A stretch of 63,935 nt of DNA, counting the filler, from Asterionella formosa (Eukaryota), in assembly GCA_002256025.1 (NCBI GenBank). It is 5 parts of 5 records of this genome, joined end to end, with 100 filler letters (N's around TTAATTAATTAA, not from the genome) between each part and the next. Parts side by side here need not be neighbours in the genome. Positions count along the whole stretch, not along the records: positions 1 to 13,006 come from NKIB01007019.1; 4 more parts are not named here. One strand, given 5' to 3'. Positions within the stretch are counted from its first letter, which is position 1. Every line of letters begins with the position of its first letter. Position numbers and translations under genes: made by a program. Shown in pieces: positions 1 to 10,755 of this stretch. The notes below the pieces were generated by a model that saw only the letters and a program-made list of their open reading frames with translations, was not told the origin of the DNA and did not search any database.

Positions 1-5
1 CCACC

Positions 6-1457
6 ATGCGCTCCACACAAACTTGCATTCTTTTTCTGGTCAGTCTTTCCCTCTCGTTGGCGTCTGCCAGAAAGATAACCAGTACTCCTTTGGATGCTCT
101 TGATTACCGCATCTTTCCTCGACGGACAGAGGAGGAAGCGGCTGTTCTGGAATGGGGACACTCCGCCATTATTAGCGCCCTCGACGCTTCGGTCGCTCAC
201 TTTGGTCCACAAACAGAGCAAGCGGCTCTCTTGGAGGTGGAATGTCAGCCAATATTGGCCAGTCCAATAAATGGTGTCACTAAAGAGAAGCTGACTGTAT
301 CTAAACTCGACAACGCGGAAGAAGTGCACGGCAACATGGTCGTGATGACTAATCAAGCCGGACTGAGTGGGGTTCAGCTAGCGACAATTGCTAAGAAATC
401 TGGCGCGGCAGCTTTGTTGGTCGTTAACGTTGATGATAAGCAGCCTGATGATATTTATAGATTGGAAGTCAGTGACGAAGAGCAAGAGGCTGCTAAGGCA
501 ATCGATATTCCAGTAGTTATGATTTCTTACAACTCGGCCAATGTGCTTACATCTGCCACGGTTACTTCTGATATGACAGCAGCAGACGTGATAAACAATG
601 GAATGCCAGATCGTGTACGACTATACTCTGGAGGCGACCGGCCTTTCTTTGAAGACGTTACACCTACGGACCCAACGCTATATTTGATTCACAACTTATT
701 GACATCCGAGGAGTGCGAAACCATGATTGCATCTGCAAAAGGGAAGTTGAAGCCTGTCAAGGAGGACAACTTGTTGGAGCTACTTTACGAAACTGACAAG
801 ATGGTGAATATGGAATCGGCATATTTGTGGCAAGGCCTCTGGCAAACGCCAGGAAGTAAGGCCATCGAAGAACGAATTGAGCAAGTCACCGGATTTCCAT
901 CTGCTCATTACACTGACTTTGTCGTAGAAAAATTGGAGAAAGGATCCTACTGGAAACCTCACTACGATGACTTCTCCACTGCAAGTGTTATGGCGACGCT
1001 TACGGTTTTTTTGAGTCTTGATGGATCTCCCGTAGTCTATCCCTCTGCCAAAAAACCAGTGAAAATCAATGCTCGTCAAGGCATGGCAATTGTTCATCAC
1101 AATAATAATGACAGAAGTAATCTTGACCTGAACACCATCCATGCTATGCTACCTTATCAAGGCGACGAACCCATCTACGTCGCTCGCAAATACGTTCTAT
1201 CTACTACTACCTCTCATGGACGTCGTATCGTGTTACCTGTTGTGGCGATGTTATTTGGTGGACTCCCAGGATTTGTGATTCTTGCTCATAACTGGTTCTC
1301 GGGGAAATTTGGTAATGAAAATGGATCTTCCTACTTTGATAAGGCCTGCGTTGTTCTCCCAGTATTACTGATATTGGGTATTGTTCAAGTTGTTGCTGAC
1401 AACTTAATGGATAAAAAGAAGGACACCAAGCTAAAAAAGGCAGCAAAGAAGGACTAA
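6..1457 (+). CDS. Secretory-pathway protein: PA (protease-associated) domain + prolyl 4-hydroxylase-like 2OG-Fe(II) dioxygenase + C-terminal TM helices
   Basis: N-terminal signal peptide. PA-like segment (AKKSGAAALLVVN...IDIPVVMIS). P4H-like segment (IHNLLTSEEC, IEERIEQVTG, PHYD, IHAMLP, ARKY) retaining HxD..H..K ligands. Two hydrophobic C-terminal segments and a Lys-rich tail. Confidence 0.7.
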   Translation: MRSTQTCILFLVSLSLSLASARKITSTPLDALDYRIFPRRTEEEAAVLEWGHSAIISALDASVAHFGPQTEQAALLEVECQPILASPINGVTKEKLTVSKLDNAEEVHGNMVVMTNQAGLSGVQLATIAKKSGAAALLVVNVDDKQPDDIYRLEVSDEEQEAAKAIDIPVVMISYNSANVLTSATVTSDMTAADVINNGMPDRVRLYSGGDRPFFEDVTPTDPTLYLIHNLLTSEECETMIASAKGKLKPVKEDNLLELLYETDKMVNMESAYLWQGLWQTPGSKAIEERIEQVTGFPSAHYTDFVVEKLEKGSYWKPHYDDFSTASVMATLTVFLSLDGSPVVYPSAKKPVKINARQGMAIVHHNNNDRSNLDLNTIHAMLPYQGDEPIYVARKYVLSTTTSHGRRIVLPVVAMLFGGLPGFVILAHNWFSGKFGNENGSSYFDKACVVLPVLLILGIVQVVADNLMDKKKDTKLKKAAKKD

Positions 1458-1563
1458 CAGACACAGCGCAATGCATTCCTTGAAGAAATTGGCTTTGGCA
1501 TGAAGTACCCATCCAATCAAGTCAGCAAAATTCATTTTGAGCAATTTAGCCGCACTAACTGCA

Positions 1564-2414
1564 NNNNNNNNNNNNNNNNNNNNNNNNNNNNNNNNNNNNN
1601 NNNNNNNNNNNNNNNNNNNNNNNNNNNNNNNNNNNNNNNNNNNNNNNNNNNNNNNNNNNNNNNNNNNNNNNNNNNNNNNNNNNNNNNNNNNNNNNNNNNN
1701 NNNNNNNNNNNNNNNNNNNNNNNNNNNNNNNNNNNNNNNNNNNNNNNNNNNNNNNNNNNNNNNNNNNNNNNNNNNNNNNNNNNNNNNNNNNNNNNNNNNN
1801 NNNNNNNNNNNNNNNNNNNNNNNNNNNNNNNNNNNNNNNNNNNNNNNNNNNNNNNNNNNNNNNNNNNNNNNNNNNNNNNNNNNNNNNNNNNNNNNNNNNN
1901 NNNNNNNNNNNNNNNNNNNNNNNNNNNNNNNNNNNNNNNNNNNNNNNNNNNNNNNNNNNNNNNNNNNNNNNNNNNNNNNNNNNNNNNNNNNNNNNNNNNN
2001 NNNNNNNNNNNNNNNNNNNNNNNNNNNNNNNNNNNNNNNNNNNNNNNNNNNNNNNNNNNNNNNNNNNNNNNNNNNNNNNNNNNNNNNNNNNNNNNNNNNN
2101 NNNNNNNNNNNNNNNNNNNNNNNNNNNNNNNNNNNNNNNNNNNNNNNNNNNNNNNNNNNNNNNNNNNNNNNNNNNNNNNNNNNNNNNNNNNNNNNNNNNN
2201 NNNNNNNNNNNNNNNNNNNNNNNNNNNNNNNNNNNNNNNNNNNNNNNNNNNNNNNNNNNNNNNNNNNNNNNNNNNNNNNNNNNNNNNNNNNNNNNNNNNN
2301 NNNNNNNNNNNNNNNNNNNNNNNNNNNNNNNNNNNNNNNNNNNNNNNNNNNNNNNNNNNNNNNNNNNNNNNNNNNNNNNNNNNNNNNNNNNNNNNNNNNN
2401 NNNNNNNNNNNNNN
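1564..2414. other. Assembly gap (N run)
   Basis: Run of N. Confidence 1.
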
Positions 2415-2745
2415 TGACATACCAAGGACAGTTTTCCAAACACCGGGGGTGCATTCCTTTAAAAAAGTCATTTCCTGCCTGACCAAGATGATCTGAGTTG
2501 GTTTTTCAATACTTATGTATAATCCACAACACATCATCACATTCCAATATTCTGATCGACGCAGCACAATCATCATCATCATCGTCAGGGGAGCTGTATT
2601 GCAAGCTCATCTATTTTGCTGAGTGAATAGATTTCATCATCCACATATTAGTGGTCTGTTTCGATCTAATTCAAGCGCATTCTATCTCATTTTCTCGCCC
2701 CTCTCTTTCACTGACCCTTTCATCATCACATTACAAGCAGACAAG

Positions 2746-4886
2746 ATGAAGTTCTCTCTGATTGCTATTTCCGCCCTCCTACTAGCTGAGCAAACAACTG
2801 CATTTGCCCCTCATGCATCTGTCACCCAACGAAGTCGTTCGCAATACAAATCTACCACAGGAGTCTTGACCATGGCCGTTGAAATGCCTGACACTCCTGC
2901 TGTCTCCATCGTCTCTACCACTACGACTGAGTATCCTGTCATCCAAGCGAATCCGTATGGTCAGCCAACTGATGTGAGATACTCGGACCTTCTTAAATTG
3001 GTCAATGCTGACCGAATCGAGAAGGTCACTTTCAGCGCTGATGGTAGCCAGCTCCTTGGTGTTGACGTTGATGGTGCCAGACTCAAGATTGAGACTCTTC
3101 CCAATGACCCTGACCTCCTCACTCAGCTGACCAACCACAAGGTACGACATCAATACTGGGAGTAGCTCGGTTTGAGGATAACCAATCTATTTGATCAACT
3201 TTCACTCACACACACACTTGCTTTGTCCGTCAGGTTGATGTCACTGTACTACCCGCTCAGGAAGCCAGTGGCTTGGGCGATCTTGCCCAGTCTCTCATCT
3301 TCCCGGCCGCTCTCTTCGCTGGCCTCTTCTTCTTGAGTCGCCGTTCTGGTGGACAACTGCCCGGAGGCATGGGAGGAAATAACCCCATGGGATTTGGAAA
3401 GTCAAAGGCAGAAATCCAGATGGTTCCTGATACCGGTGTTTCCTTTGACGATGTTGCTGGTTGTGACGGAGCCAAGTTGGAACTTATGGAGGTTGTCGAT
3501 TTCTTGAAGCAACCGGAAGCGTACACCAAGAACGGATGTCGCATCCCCCGAGGTGTCATCCTCGATGGCCCTCCTGGTACCGGAAAGACCCTTCTTGCCA
3601 AGGCCGTTGCTGGTGAGGCTGGTGTGCCTTTTATCTCCATTTCGGGTTCCGAATTCGTTGAAATGTTTGTCGGTGTTGGTGCTTCCCGTGTCCGTGATAT
3701 CTACGCCCAGGCTCGAAAGAACGCCCCATGCATCATCTTTATTGATGAAATCGATGCTGTCGGACGTCAACGTGGCGCCGGTTTTGCTGGAGGAAACGAT
3801 GAACGGGAGCAGACTGTCAACCAAATTCTTGTCGAGATGGACGGTTTCAACGGAAACCCAGGAATTATTACCATTGCTGCCACCAACCGTCTAGATATTC
3901 TTGATGCTGCCCTTTTGCGTCCAGGACGATTCGATCGTAAGGTAACAGTCGACCTTCCTGACTTCAAGGGCCGTACCCGTATCCTGGGAGTGCATTCCCG
4001 TGGTAAGCCACTGGAGCCCGATGTTGATCTTGAAGCCATCTCTCGTCGTACACCAGGATTTTCCGGAGCACAGCTTGAAAATCTCATGAACGAGGCAGCC
4101 ATCTCGGCAGCTCGTGTTGGAAAGGCCACCATTGGATGGGACCAGATTGACGGTGCCGTAGACCGTATCATGGTTGGTCTCGAAAAGAAGGGTGGAAACC
4201 AAGTTGCCAAGATGAAGGAGCTTGTTGCCTACCACGAGGCAGGGCACGCGGTTGTTGGTGCCCTTGTTCCTGATTATGATCAGGTTCAGAAGATCACGAT
4301 TATTCCCCGCTCCAACGGAGCTGGTGGTTTGACCTTTTTCGCTCCTCAAGAATCCCGTCTCGAATCTGGACTTTACAGCAGACAGTACCTTGAATCTCAA
4401 TTGGCTGTTGCCCTTGGTGGACGCCTTGCAGAAGAAATTATTTATGGAGAAGACATGGTGACCACTGGAGCCTCTAACGATATCCAACAAGTTGCCAACA
4501 TTGCCAAGCGCATGGTCAAGGAATGGGGCATGTCTGACAAGGTTGGACGTGTTGCCGTTTCCGAGCCCTCTGGTCGTGGACCATTTATGGGCGCCAGAAT
4601 GATGCGCCGTCCTCCTACCTGGGGTGGAAAGATCATGCACGATGTGGAAGGTGAAGTTGAGCGTCTTGTTAACAACTCTTACCTTCTTGCGAAGAAGATC
4701 CTTGAGGACAACAGAGATTTGCTCGAGCACCTCTCGCAAACTCTGATGGACCAAGAAGTTGTTTCAGCAGAGGAGTTCCAAATGATGCTTGTTCAATTCA
4801 AGGCGAAGACAGTCAACTACGAAATTCTCGGAGAAGAGAGAAACCGAAAGGCTCTCCCTTTCCAAAATATGCCAACCATCGTGTAG
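2746..4886 (+). CDS. ftsH: Nuclear-encoded plastid FtsH protease, type A (FtsH1/5-like); exons 2746-3141 and 3234-4886
   Basis: Signal peptide + TAF|AP plastid motif. Intron 3142-3233 (GTACGA...CAG) joins the two ORFs in frame. Walker A GPPGTGKT, Walker [24 protein letters not shown], zinc motif [24 protein letters not shown] is typical of FtsH1/5. Confidence 0.95.
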
Positions 4887-4889
4887 CTT

Positions 4890-5293
4890 NNNNNNNNNNN
4901 NNNNNNNNNNNNNNNNNNNNNNNNNNNNNNNNNNNNNNNNNNNNNNNNNNNNNNNNNNNNNNNNNNNNNNNNNNNNNNNNNNNNNNNNNNNNNNNNNNNN
5001 NNNNNNNNNNNNNNNNNNNNNNNNNNNNNNNNNNNNNNNNNNNNNNNNNNNNNNNNNNNNNNNNNNNNNNNNNNNNNNNNNNNNNNNNNNNNNNNNNNNN
5101 NNNNNNNNNNNNNNNNNNNNNNNNNNNNNNNNNNNNNNNNNNNNNNNNNNNNNNNNNNNNNNNNNNNNNNNNNNNNNNNNNNNNNNNNNNNNNNNNNNNN
5201 NNNNNNNNNNNNNNNNNNNNNNNNNNNNNNNNNNNNNNNNNNNNNNNNNNNNNNNNNNNNNNNNNNNNNNNNNNNNNNNNNNNNNNNNNNNNN
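4890..5293. other. Assembly gap (N run)
   Basis: Run of N. Confidence 1.
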
Positions 5294-5553
5294 AACTCTT
5301 TCTCACGACAAAGCAACGTACCATTCTAGTTTTGTCTCCTTCATCTATATAAGATCAAACATTTCCATCGAGGCCAGAACGAAGGCAATGCATCACATTG
5401 AATTCGCCTGAAAAGGGCATCAAAGCGAGCAAGACATCTGGCAAAAGGGAAAACCTTGACGGATTTTAGAGCGGCTTCATAGTGAAGCGCCACGAGCTTC
5501 CTGAACTATTTCAGTGGGTCTTATCTCCATGATCGATACCATTATTAATCAGT

Positions 5554-7614
5554 CTATAAATCATCAACCACCAACTGGTGTTGGATAAGTTGTCGAAAGT
5601 GACCATTAACTTTGGACACCAACTCATCAAAAGATCCAACCTCAACGACTCCACCATCCATCACAACAGCAATCCTATGTGCTGACCTGATTGTACTTAA
5701 TCGGTGGGCAATTGAAATAACTGTACGTCCCTTCATCGCAGTATCAATCGCCTTTTGCACTTGGTGCTCACTCTGTGCATCGAGAGCGGAAGTGGCCTCA
5801 TCGAAGATCACAATAGGAGGGTCTTTCAGGATAGCTCGAGCAATGGCAACACGTTGCTTCTGACCACCACTCAGCTGTGTACCTCGGGCACCAACCACAG
5901 TGTTGAGACCTTTTGGAAAGCTATCCGCGAATTCCAAAACATTAGCGAGTCTAGCAGCCTCTCTGATTTCCGAGTCCGACGCATCTAGTCTCCCATATCT
6001 TATATTGTCAGCAATGGAAGTTGGAAACAATAGTGGTTCTTGTGATACAATACCAACGCTGCGTCGCACATCCTGTGGAGCCATCTGTTGAAGATTTGTT
6101 CCATCGATGCACACGCTGCCTTTGGTGACATCGTAAAGACGAGTCAATAATGCAGCCACCGTGCTCTTGCCAGCTCCACTTCCACCCACTAATGCAACAA
6201 CTTCACCAGCTTGAACCACCAGCGAAAAGTTTGTCAAAACTTGGACATCAGGTCGGACAGGGTAAGAAAATGCGACATTCTGAAACGTGGCGGAAAGAGG
6301 GCGCATTTTTGAAGTGAATTCATGCTGACGGATGCTCGATAGCGGCACGAATGGAAATGCGGGGTGCGTGTCCTTGGAAGATAAATCGTTGTTTTGGTTG
6401 TCAATCATGTTCTTTGGGGCTGGTATCGATGGCGTTCGATCGATAATTTCAAAGATTCGATTGGCGGCAGCAATAGACTTCATCAAATCTACCCATACGT
6501 TGGTCAAGCCACTCACGTTTCCTGCCATGATCAACGCATACATTACAAAGCTGGCCAAAGCACCCGCACTCAATTGATCACTTGCAACCAGCGAACCTCC
6601 ATAACCCAAAACACAGAGCATTGCTCCGTTTCCAGAGATTTGCACAATCCCACTAAAGGCGGCTTGTAGTCGGGCAGTCTCAATAGCTTCGTGATGTGCA
6701 TGATTTACAGATTGATTGTAAAGTTGCGATTCGTGTTTTTCAGCGACGAATTGTTGCACTGTCATGATACAAGTCAGCGCGGTTTCTGCTAATGAAGTTG
6801 CATCTGCTTGTAACTCTCGTACACCTTTGTGCTTCTCCCTAACTTTCCGACCGACCATCCGTGCTGCCGTCATAGTTGTTGGCAAAATCATGAGGGCGAT
6901 AAAGGCTAGCGACCACGATAAATAGATCAACATCGATGCTGCTCCCAGAGACATTGCGATTCCTCTAAATCCACCCAGTACAGTACCTTGTACTGCATCC
7001 TGCAGTAAGTCTGCATCCGACGATAGTCGTGATAGAAGGTCTCCCGTCTTGTGCGAATCAAAGAAGGCGGCGTCTTGGGATATTATGGCAGAGTAAAGGT
7101 GACGCCTAATACGAGCTACGAGTCGGTGTCCAGCCTTGGCTTGCCACATGTTCTGAAAATACGTCAAACAAGCCGCAAAGCTAATAACCATAAAAAGACT
7201 CACCAACAGCATTGCTGTTGACGACGACGCCTCACCAATTTGTTGTTTGAGTGCCACATCAATAATGTGGCCTGAAATATATGGCGTTGTCAATTGCACC
7301 AAACTAGTAAATACAAGAGTGATGAAGGAGCAAAAGATAAGGCTTCGTTCTGGTTTGGCGATCTCGTACATGCGGAGGACGATCTCCTCGTTGGAAGTCG
7401 AGTCGTTTGGTAATAGCCCATGCTCAATGTCACCGTTCACTAGTGGAACCTTTGACTCGTTTTCTTTGTAACTTTCCATATGTGTCGTGAAATCTCCACC
7501 ACGCAACATGATCGGCTTTTGGGGTCCAATACGGAGGCAAGAACTGTTGAAACAAAATGCTTCCGTGTCCTCACCGATTTGAGTCGTTACTTTGGAGTTG
7601 CGCACTTCTCGCAA
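5554..7614 (-). CDS. ABC transporter subfamily B half-transporter (ABCB10/MDL1-like); true start probably a downstream ATG near 7509 or 7480
   Basis: TMD with FFDSHKTGDLLSRL followed by NBD: GGSGAGKST, signature LSGGQKQR, IVIFDEATSALD, IAHRLST. The ORF-track start is not ATG. Confidence 0.9.
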   Translation of the reverse strand: MREVRNSKVTTQIGEDTEAFCFNSSCLRIGPQKPIMLRGGDFTTHMESYKENESKVPLVNGDIEHGLLPNDSTSNEEIVLRMYEIAKPERSLIFCSFITLVFTSLVQLTTPYISGHIIDVALKQQIGEASSSTAMLLVSLFMVISFAACLTYFQNMWQAKAGHRLVARIRRHLYSAIISQDAAFFDSHKTGDLLSRLSSDADLLQDAVQGTVLGGFRGIAMSLGAASMLIYLSWSLAFIALMILPTTMTAARMVGRKVREKHKGVRELQADATSLAETALTCIMTVQQFVAEKHESQLYNQSVNHAHHEAIETARLQAAFSGIVQISGNGAMLCVLGYGGSLVASDQLSAGALASFVMYALIMAGNVSGLTNVWVDLMKSIAAANRIFEIIDRTPSIPAPKNMIDNQNNDLSSKDTHPAFPFVPLSSIRQHEFTSKMRPLSATFQNVAFSYPVRPDVQVLTNFSLVVQAGEVVALVGGSGAGKSTVAALLTRLYDVTKGSVCIDGTNLQQMAPQDVRRSVGIVSQEPLLFPTSIADNIRYGRLDASDSEIREAARLANVLEFADSFPKGLNTVVGARGTQLSGGQKQRVAIARAILKDPPIVIFDEATSALDAQSEHQVQKAIDTAMKGRTVISIAHRLSTIRSAHRIAVVMDGGVVEVGSFDELVSKVNGHFRQLIQHQLVVDDL

Positions 7615-8249
7615 GGTTGGTGCTGGTGGTTGATTTATATAGGTATATCAATGTACTCTAACTGATATCGGTTGAGCGCTCTGAAGACGGGAAAGGAAGT
7701 GTGATAATGGGAAGTAGGAACAGGAATCGAAATCGATGAACTAGCAATTTCTTTTGAACAATATACCGGTAATTATATGACATCCGATGTCGTAATTACA
7801 AGCAAATATCATGTACCCCGATCCGTAAAACCTGGTGCTCGTGGGAGTCGACTCGTGTTCCAGCATGGGGCATTTGCAGGCATTGTGTAGCTCAATACTG
7901 TACCACTGAAATTAACGGCAGTCTATCATGTGCCATCCTGCTACGGTAGTACCGGAGTACATATTTAGACTACCAGGTACCGGTACCGGTACCAGTAGCA
8001 GATACCAGGGTACCAGTAGCAGATACCAGATACCAGGTACCGTAGCTAGCAGTGTTCAATGGTATCATGACCAGATGATAATACCGGTAATAAAATTCTC
8101 CGCCTGGTGATGAACGTTGTATAATTCTTACAATTAACGGTGTATGTTTACCAAATGATCTTTGAGAGCAGCAACGAAGCCCATGACAGGATGTGAGGGT
8201 ATGGGAAGAACAGAGTATTCTATTCACAATTTTAGTTTTCAATGCCACC

Positions 8250-9185
8250 ATGAGTTCCAGTCTCTCCAGGATTCGACATATAATGGATTTTCTTTCCATT
8301 TCTGCTCATCGCCGTCAGTTGGGCTTTGAGACGCCATTGAGGCTTTCCTATTTTACAATGAACCCCAAGCTTATGCATTCAACCGGCAAGGCATTTACTT
8401 ATCGATACATGATTCATCCAGGGGTTTGCTTGAACGGAAAAACGGTCTCCTTATCCACATATCTGGCTATCATCGATTCCCTGACTACATTTGCGCTCGT
8501 TGGCGCTCATGAGTCTGCCAAAAGTTCACGACCTGGCGTCAGCGTACAGCTCCAAGCAGAACTTAACCACAACGCCAGTTCACCAGCGGAAGAAGTGGAT
8601 GTTATTTCCACAGTTACAAAATTGGGCGGAAAGCTGGCTTTCATTCGAGCTGAAGTGAGGACTGTGGACACGGGAGATCTTGTCTGTTTTGCCTCACATA
8701 TCAAGTACCTTCCGACTGGAAGCTGGATGATGGATTTTTTGTTTAGTAGTTGGGGATGGCATTTAATGAAAATTTACTTGCAACGTCTTCCAGCAGCACC
8801 GGCACCAGAGGATAGCTCCATTTTAGAAGCCATCAAACCTTACCTGGAACCTAGAGGGCTTGGTCTTGCCAGTTTTACTGTCAAGAAAGAGCACAACAAT
8901 GGATTTGAAACTCTTCATGGTGGTTGCCAATCAATTTTGATGGAGATTGTAAGTCAGCCCATGGCCAAGGAGGAACTTAAATCAGATCAGATCAAGCTGG
9001 AATCGATTCAAGTGGCCTTCGCTGCAAGTGGTAGGGGTACTGTTGATATTGTAACAAAGGTCTTATCGAAAGGGGATAAAAGCATGACTGTGAGGGTTTC
9101 TCTCCTTAGGTCGAATGGGAAGGTGATCTCAGAGGGGACCCTACGTTGGTCGATTGCATCTGCACAGGGTCAATCGAAATTGTGA
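8250..9185 (+). CDS. Double hotdog-fold acyl-CoA thioesterase (ACOT13/PaaI-like), peroxisomal
   Basis: Two hotdog repeats (RPGVSVQL...KLGGKLAF; NNGFETLHGGC). C-terminal SKL (PTS1). ATG in gccaccATG context. Confidence 0.75.
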   Translation: MSSSLSRIRHIMDFLSISAHRRQLGFETPLRLSYFTMNPKLMHSTGKAFTYRYMIHPGVCLNGKTVSLSTYLAIIDSLTTFALVGAHESAKSSRPGVSVQLQAELNHNASSPAEEVDVISTVTKLGGKLAFIRAEVRTVDTGDLVCFASHIKYLPTGSWMMDFLFSSWGWHLMKIYLQRLPAAPAPEDSSILEAIKPYLEPRGLGLASFTVKKEHNNGFETLHGGCQSILMEIVSQPMAKEELKSDQIKLESIQVAFAASGRGTVDIVTKVLSKGDKSMTVRVSLLRSNGKVISEGTLRWSIASAQGQSKL

Positions 9186-9743
9186 ACTAGACTACCGAAA
9201 CTACTGGCAGGAAGTACCTACAAGTATGTCGTGCTATCTGCTCGTCCTTTGCTCCACATTCGTGTTCATTTTTGCAAGAAAAAACTAGATCTTTGTACTT
9301 TATCTTTTTAATAAAATCAAAGATGTATTTATACTGGTGTATCTTTGATATCTTGTCTTGTAAAGCAGCTATGTATCTGTGGTATCATACACCATTTTGT
9401 AAAAGAAACTTAGACCTGATCAATATTCCGGTATGATAATACGATATACATGATTACTGAAGTAGACTACCTGGTACCTGGTACGAGGTACGGAGTAACA
9501 GATACCTTGTACCAGGTACCAGGTACCTTGTCACTTTGTAGACTACTTTTATTATTCTAGTGGGTCTACGAGTACCTGTAAGTAGATAACACAGCACAAA
9601 ATCGGAAGGCTGGATGTAACAAATTCGAATTCGACGAAATCTACCTTCTACAGTACACATCAGATTCTTGATAAACCATTCATTCTTTGTTGATGTAATG
9701 ATTATTTAGCATCACAACAACACAGATAGACAAACACTTTAAC

Positions 9744-10496
9744 ATGACGATGATGACAGAAAAAAAGGTTCTCGTCCTGATCGGCTCTGCCACATATCAA
9801 GATGCTGATGCGAAAACAATTCAAGCAACAAGCAAAGCAGAGGTAACAGCAGCTCGCAAGGACATTATTCCCGCTTCCCTCGAACACTTACAATTCGCTA
9901 TTCAATCATCCGAGCTTGCTTCCATGTACGATCCCATGGAGCTATCAGGATGGCAATCTCTCTTAAAACCAGGAGCATCGATTTCGATTCGAGTGCTCGT
10001 TGCCGACAGCAAATCCTCGCCAGACTTGAAACCTATTCATACCTCCTTTCTTCTTGCCGGATTGAGTGGCGTTTCTGAACGACTTGAAGCAGACCTATCT
10101 CGAGTCTTTGAAGTGACCAAGAAGGCTCCCAAGACTTATACTAGTGCTCAGATAAATAAGAAAGTGATTGTGAATGACTTGGATGATGGTGAGTTTCTGG
10201 ACGAAGATGATTTGCTGAACGAGGAAGGAAATGGACTTTTGGCACCTCCCTCCATGATTCCTGCTACGATGACTGCTGGAAGCGACTGTAGCGGGCGAAA
10301 GGCTTGTGATGACTGCACATGTGGAAGAGCAGAACTCGAAGGTGGAGCTGAAATTAAGCAAGTGAAATCGAGCAGTTGTGGCAACTGTGGCAAAGGAGAT
10401 GCGTTTCGCTGTGCCGGTTGTCCATACTTGGGCAAGCCCGCTTTCAAAGCTGGTGAAGAGTACTTGGTTTTGGACTTGTTGGATGATATTGAGTAG
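9744..10496 (+). CDS. DRE2: Anamorsin/Dre2 (CIAPIN1), cytosolic Fe-S cluster assembly factor
   Basis: Acidic linker LDEDDLL. Motif 1 [11 protein letters not shown]. Motif 2 [26 protein letters not shown]. Confidence 0.95.
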   Translation: MTMMTEKKVLVLIGSATYQDADAKTIQATSKAEVTAARKDIIPASLEHLQFAIQSSELASMYDPMELSGWQSLLKPGASISIRVLVADSKSSPDLKPIHTSFLLAGLSGVSERLEADLSRVFEVTKKAPKTYTSAQINKKVIVNDLDDGEFLDEDDLLNEEGNGLLAPPSMIPATMTAGSDCSGRKACDDCTCGRAELEGGAEIKQVKSSSCGNCGKGDAFRCAGCPYLGKPAFKAGEEYLVLDLLDDIE

Positions 10497-10755
10497 TCTA
10501 TTGGATTTCAGAGTTTTGATGTGAATGCAACAGCGTGCAACTACCGGTACACAAGACGAAGTTGTTGCTGGAGTCAGTGTTATTGTATTATTCAGTCCTT
10601 CGACTTAAATACAACCTGAATTGAATACCGGTAGACGACACTTTCCATCAACGTCAGTACTGCACTACCCCAATGTAATAGATTACCGGTATGCAATATA
10701 CTAAATCTTTCACGAACGCTAGTATTAATAATCCTTACTTTGTTTCCAAGTTTGC

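Noticed and set aside
1410..1457. Canonical KKxx ER-retrieval signal
   Set aside because: Lysines are at -2/-3 rather than -3/-4 or -3/-5; only suggestive.
3257..4754. Antisense ORFs over FtsH (similar ones over RPS4, ABCB, the lectin and NBR1)
   Set aside because: Shadow ORFs caused by codon bias or repeats of the real gene; no motifs.
1431..5352. Long ORFs containing X runs
   Set aside because: Artefacts of translating through N gaps.
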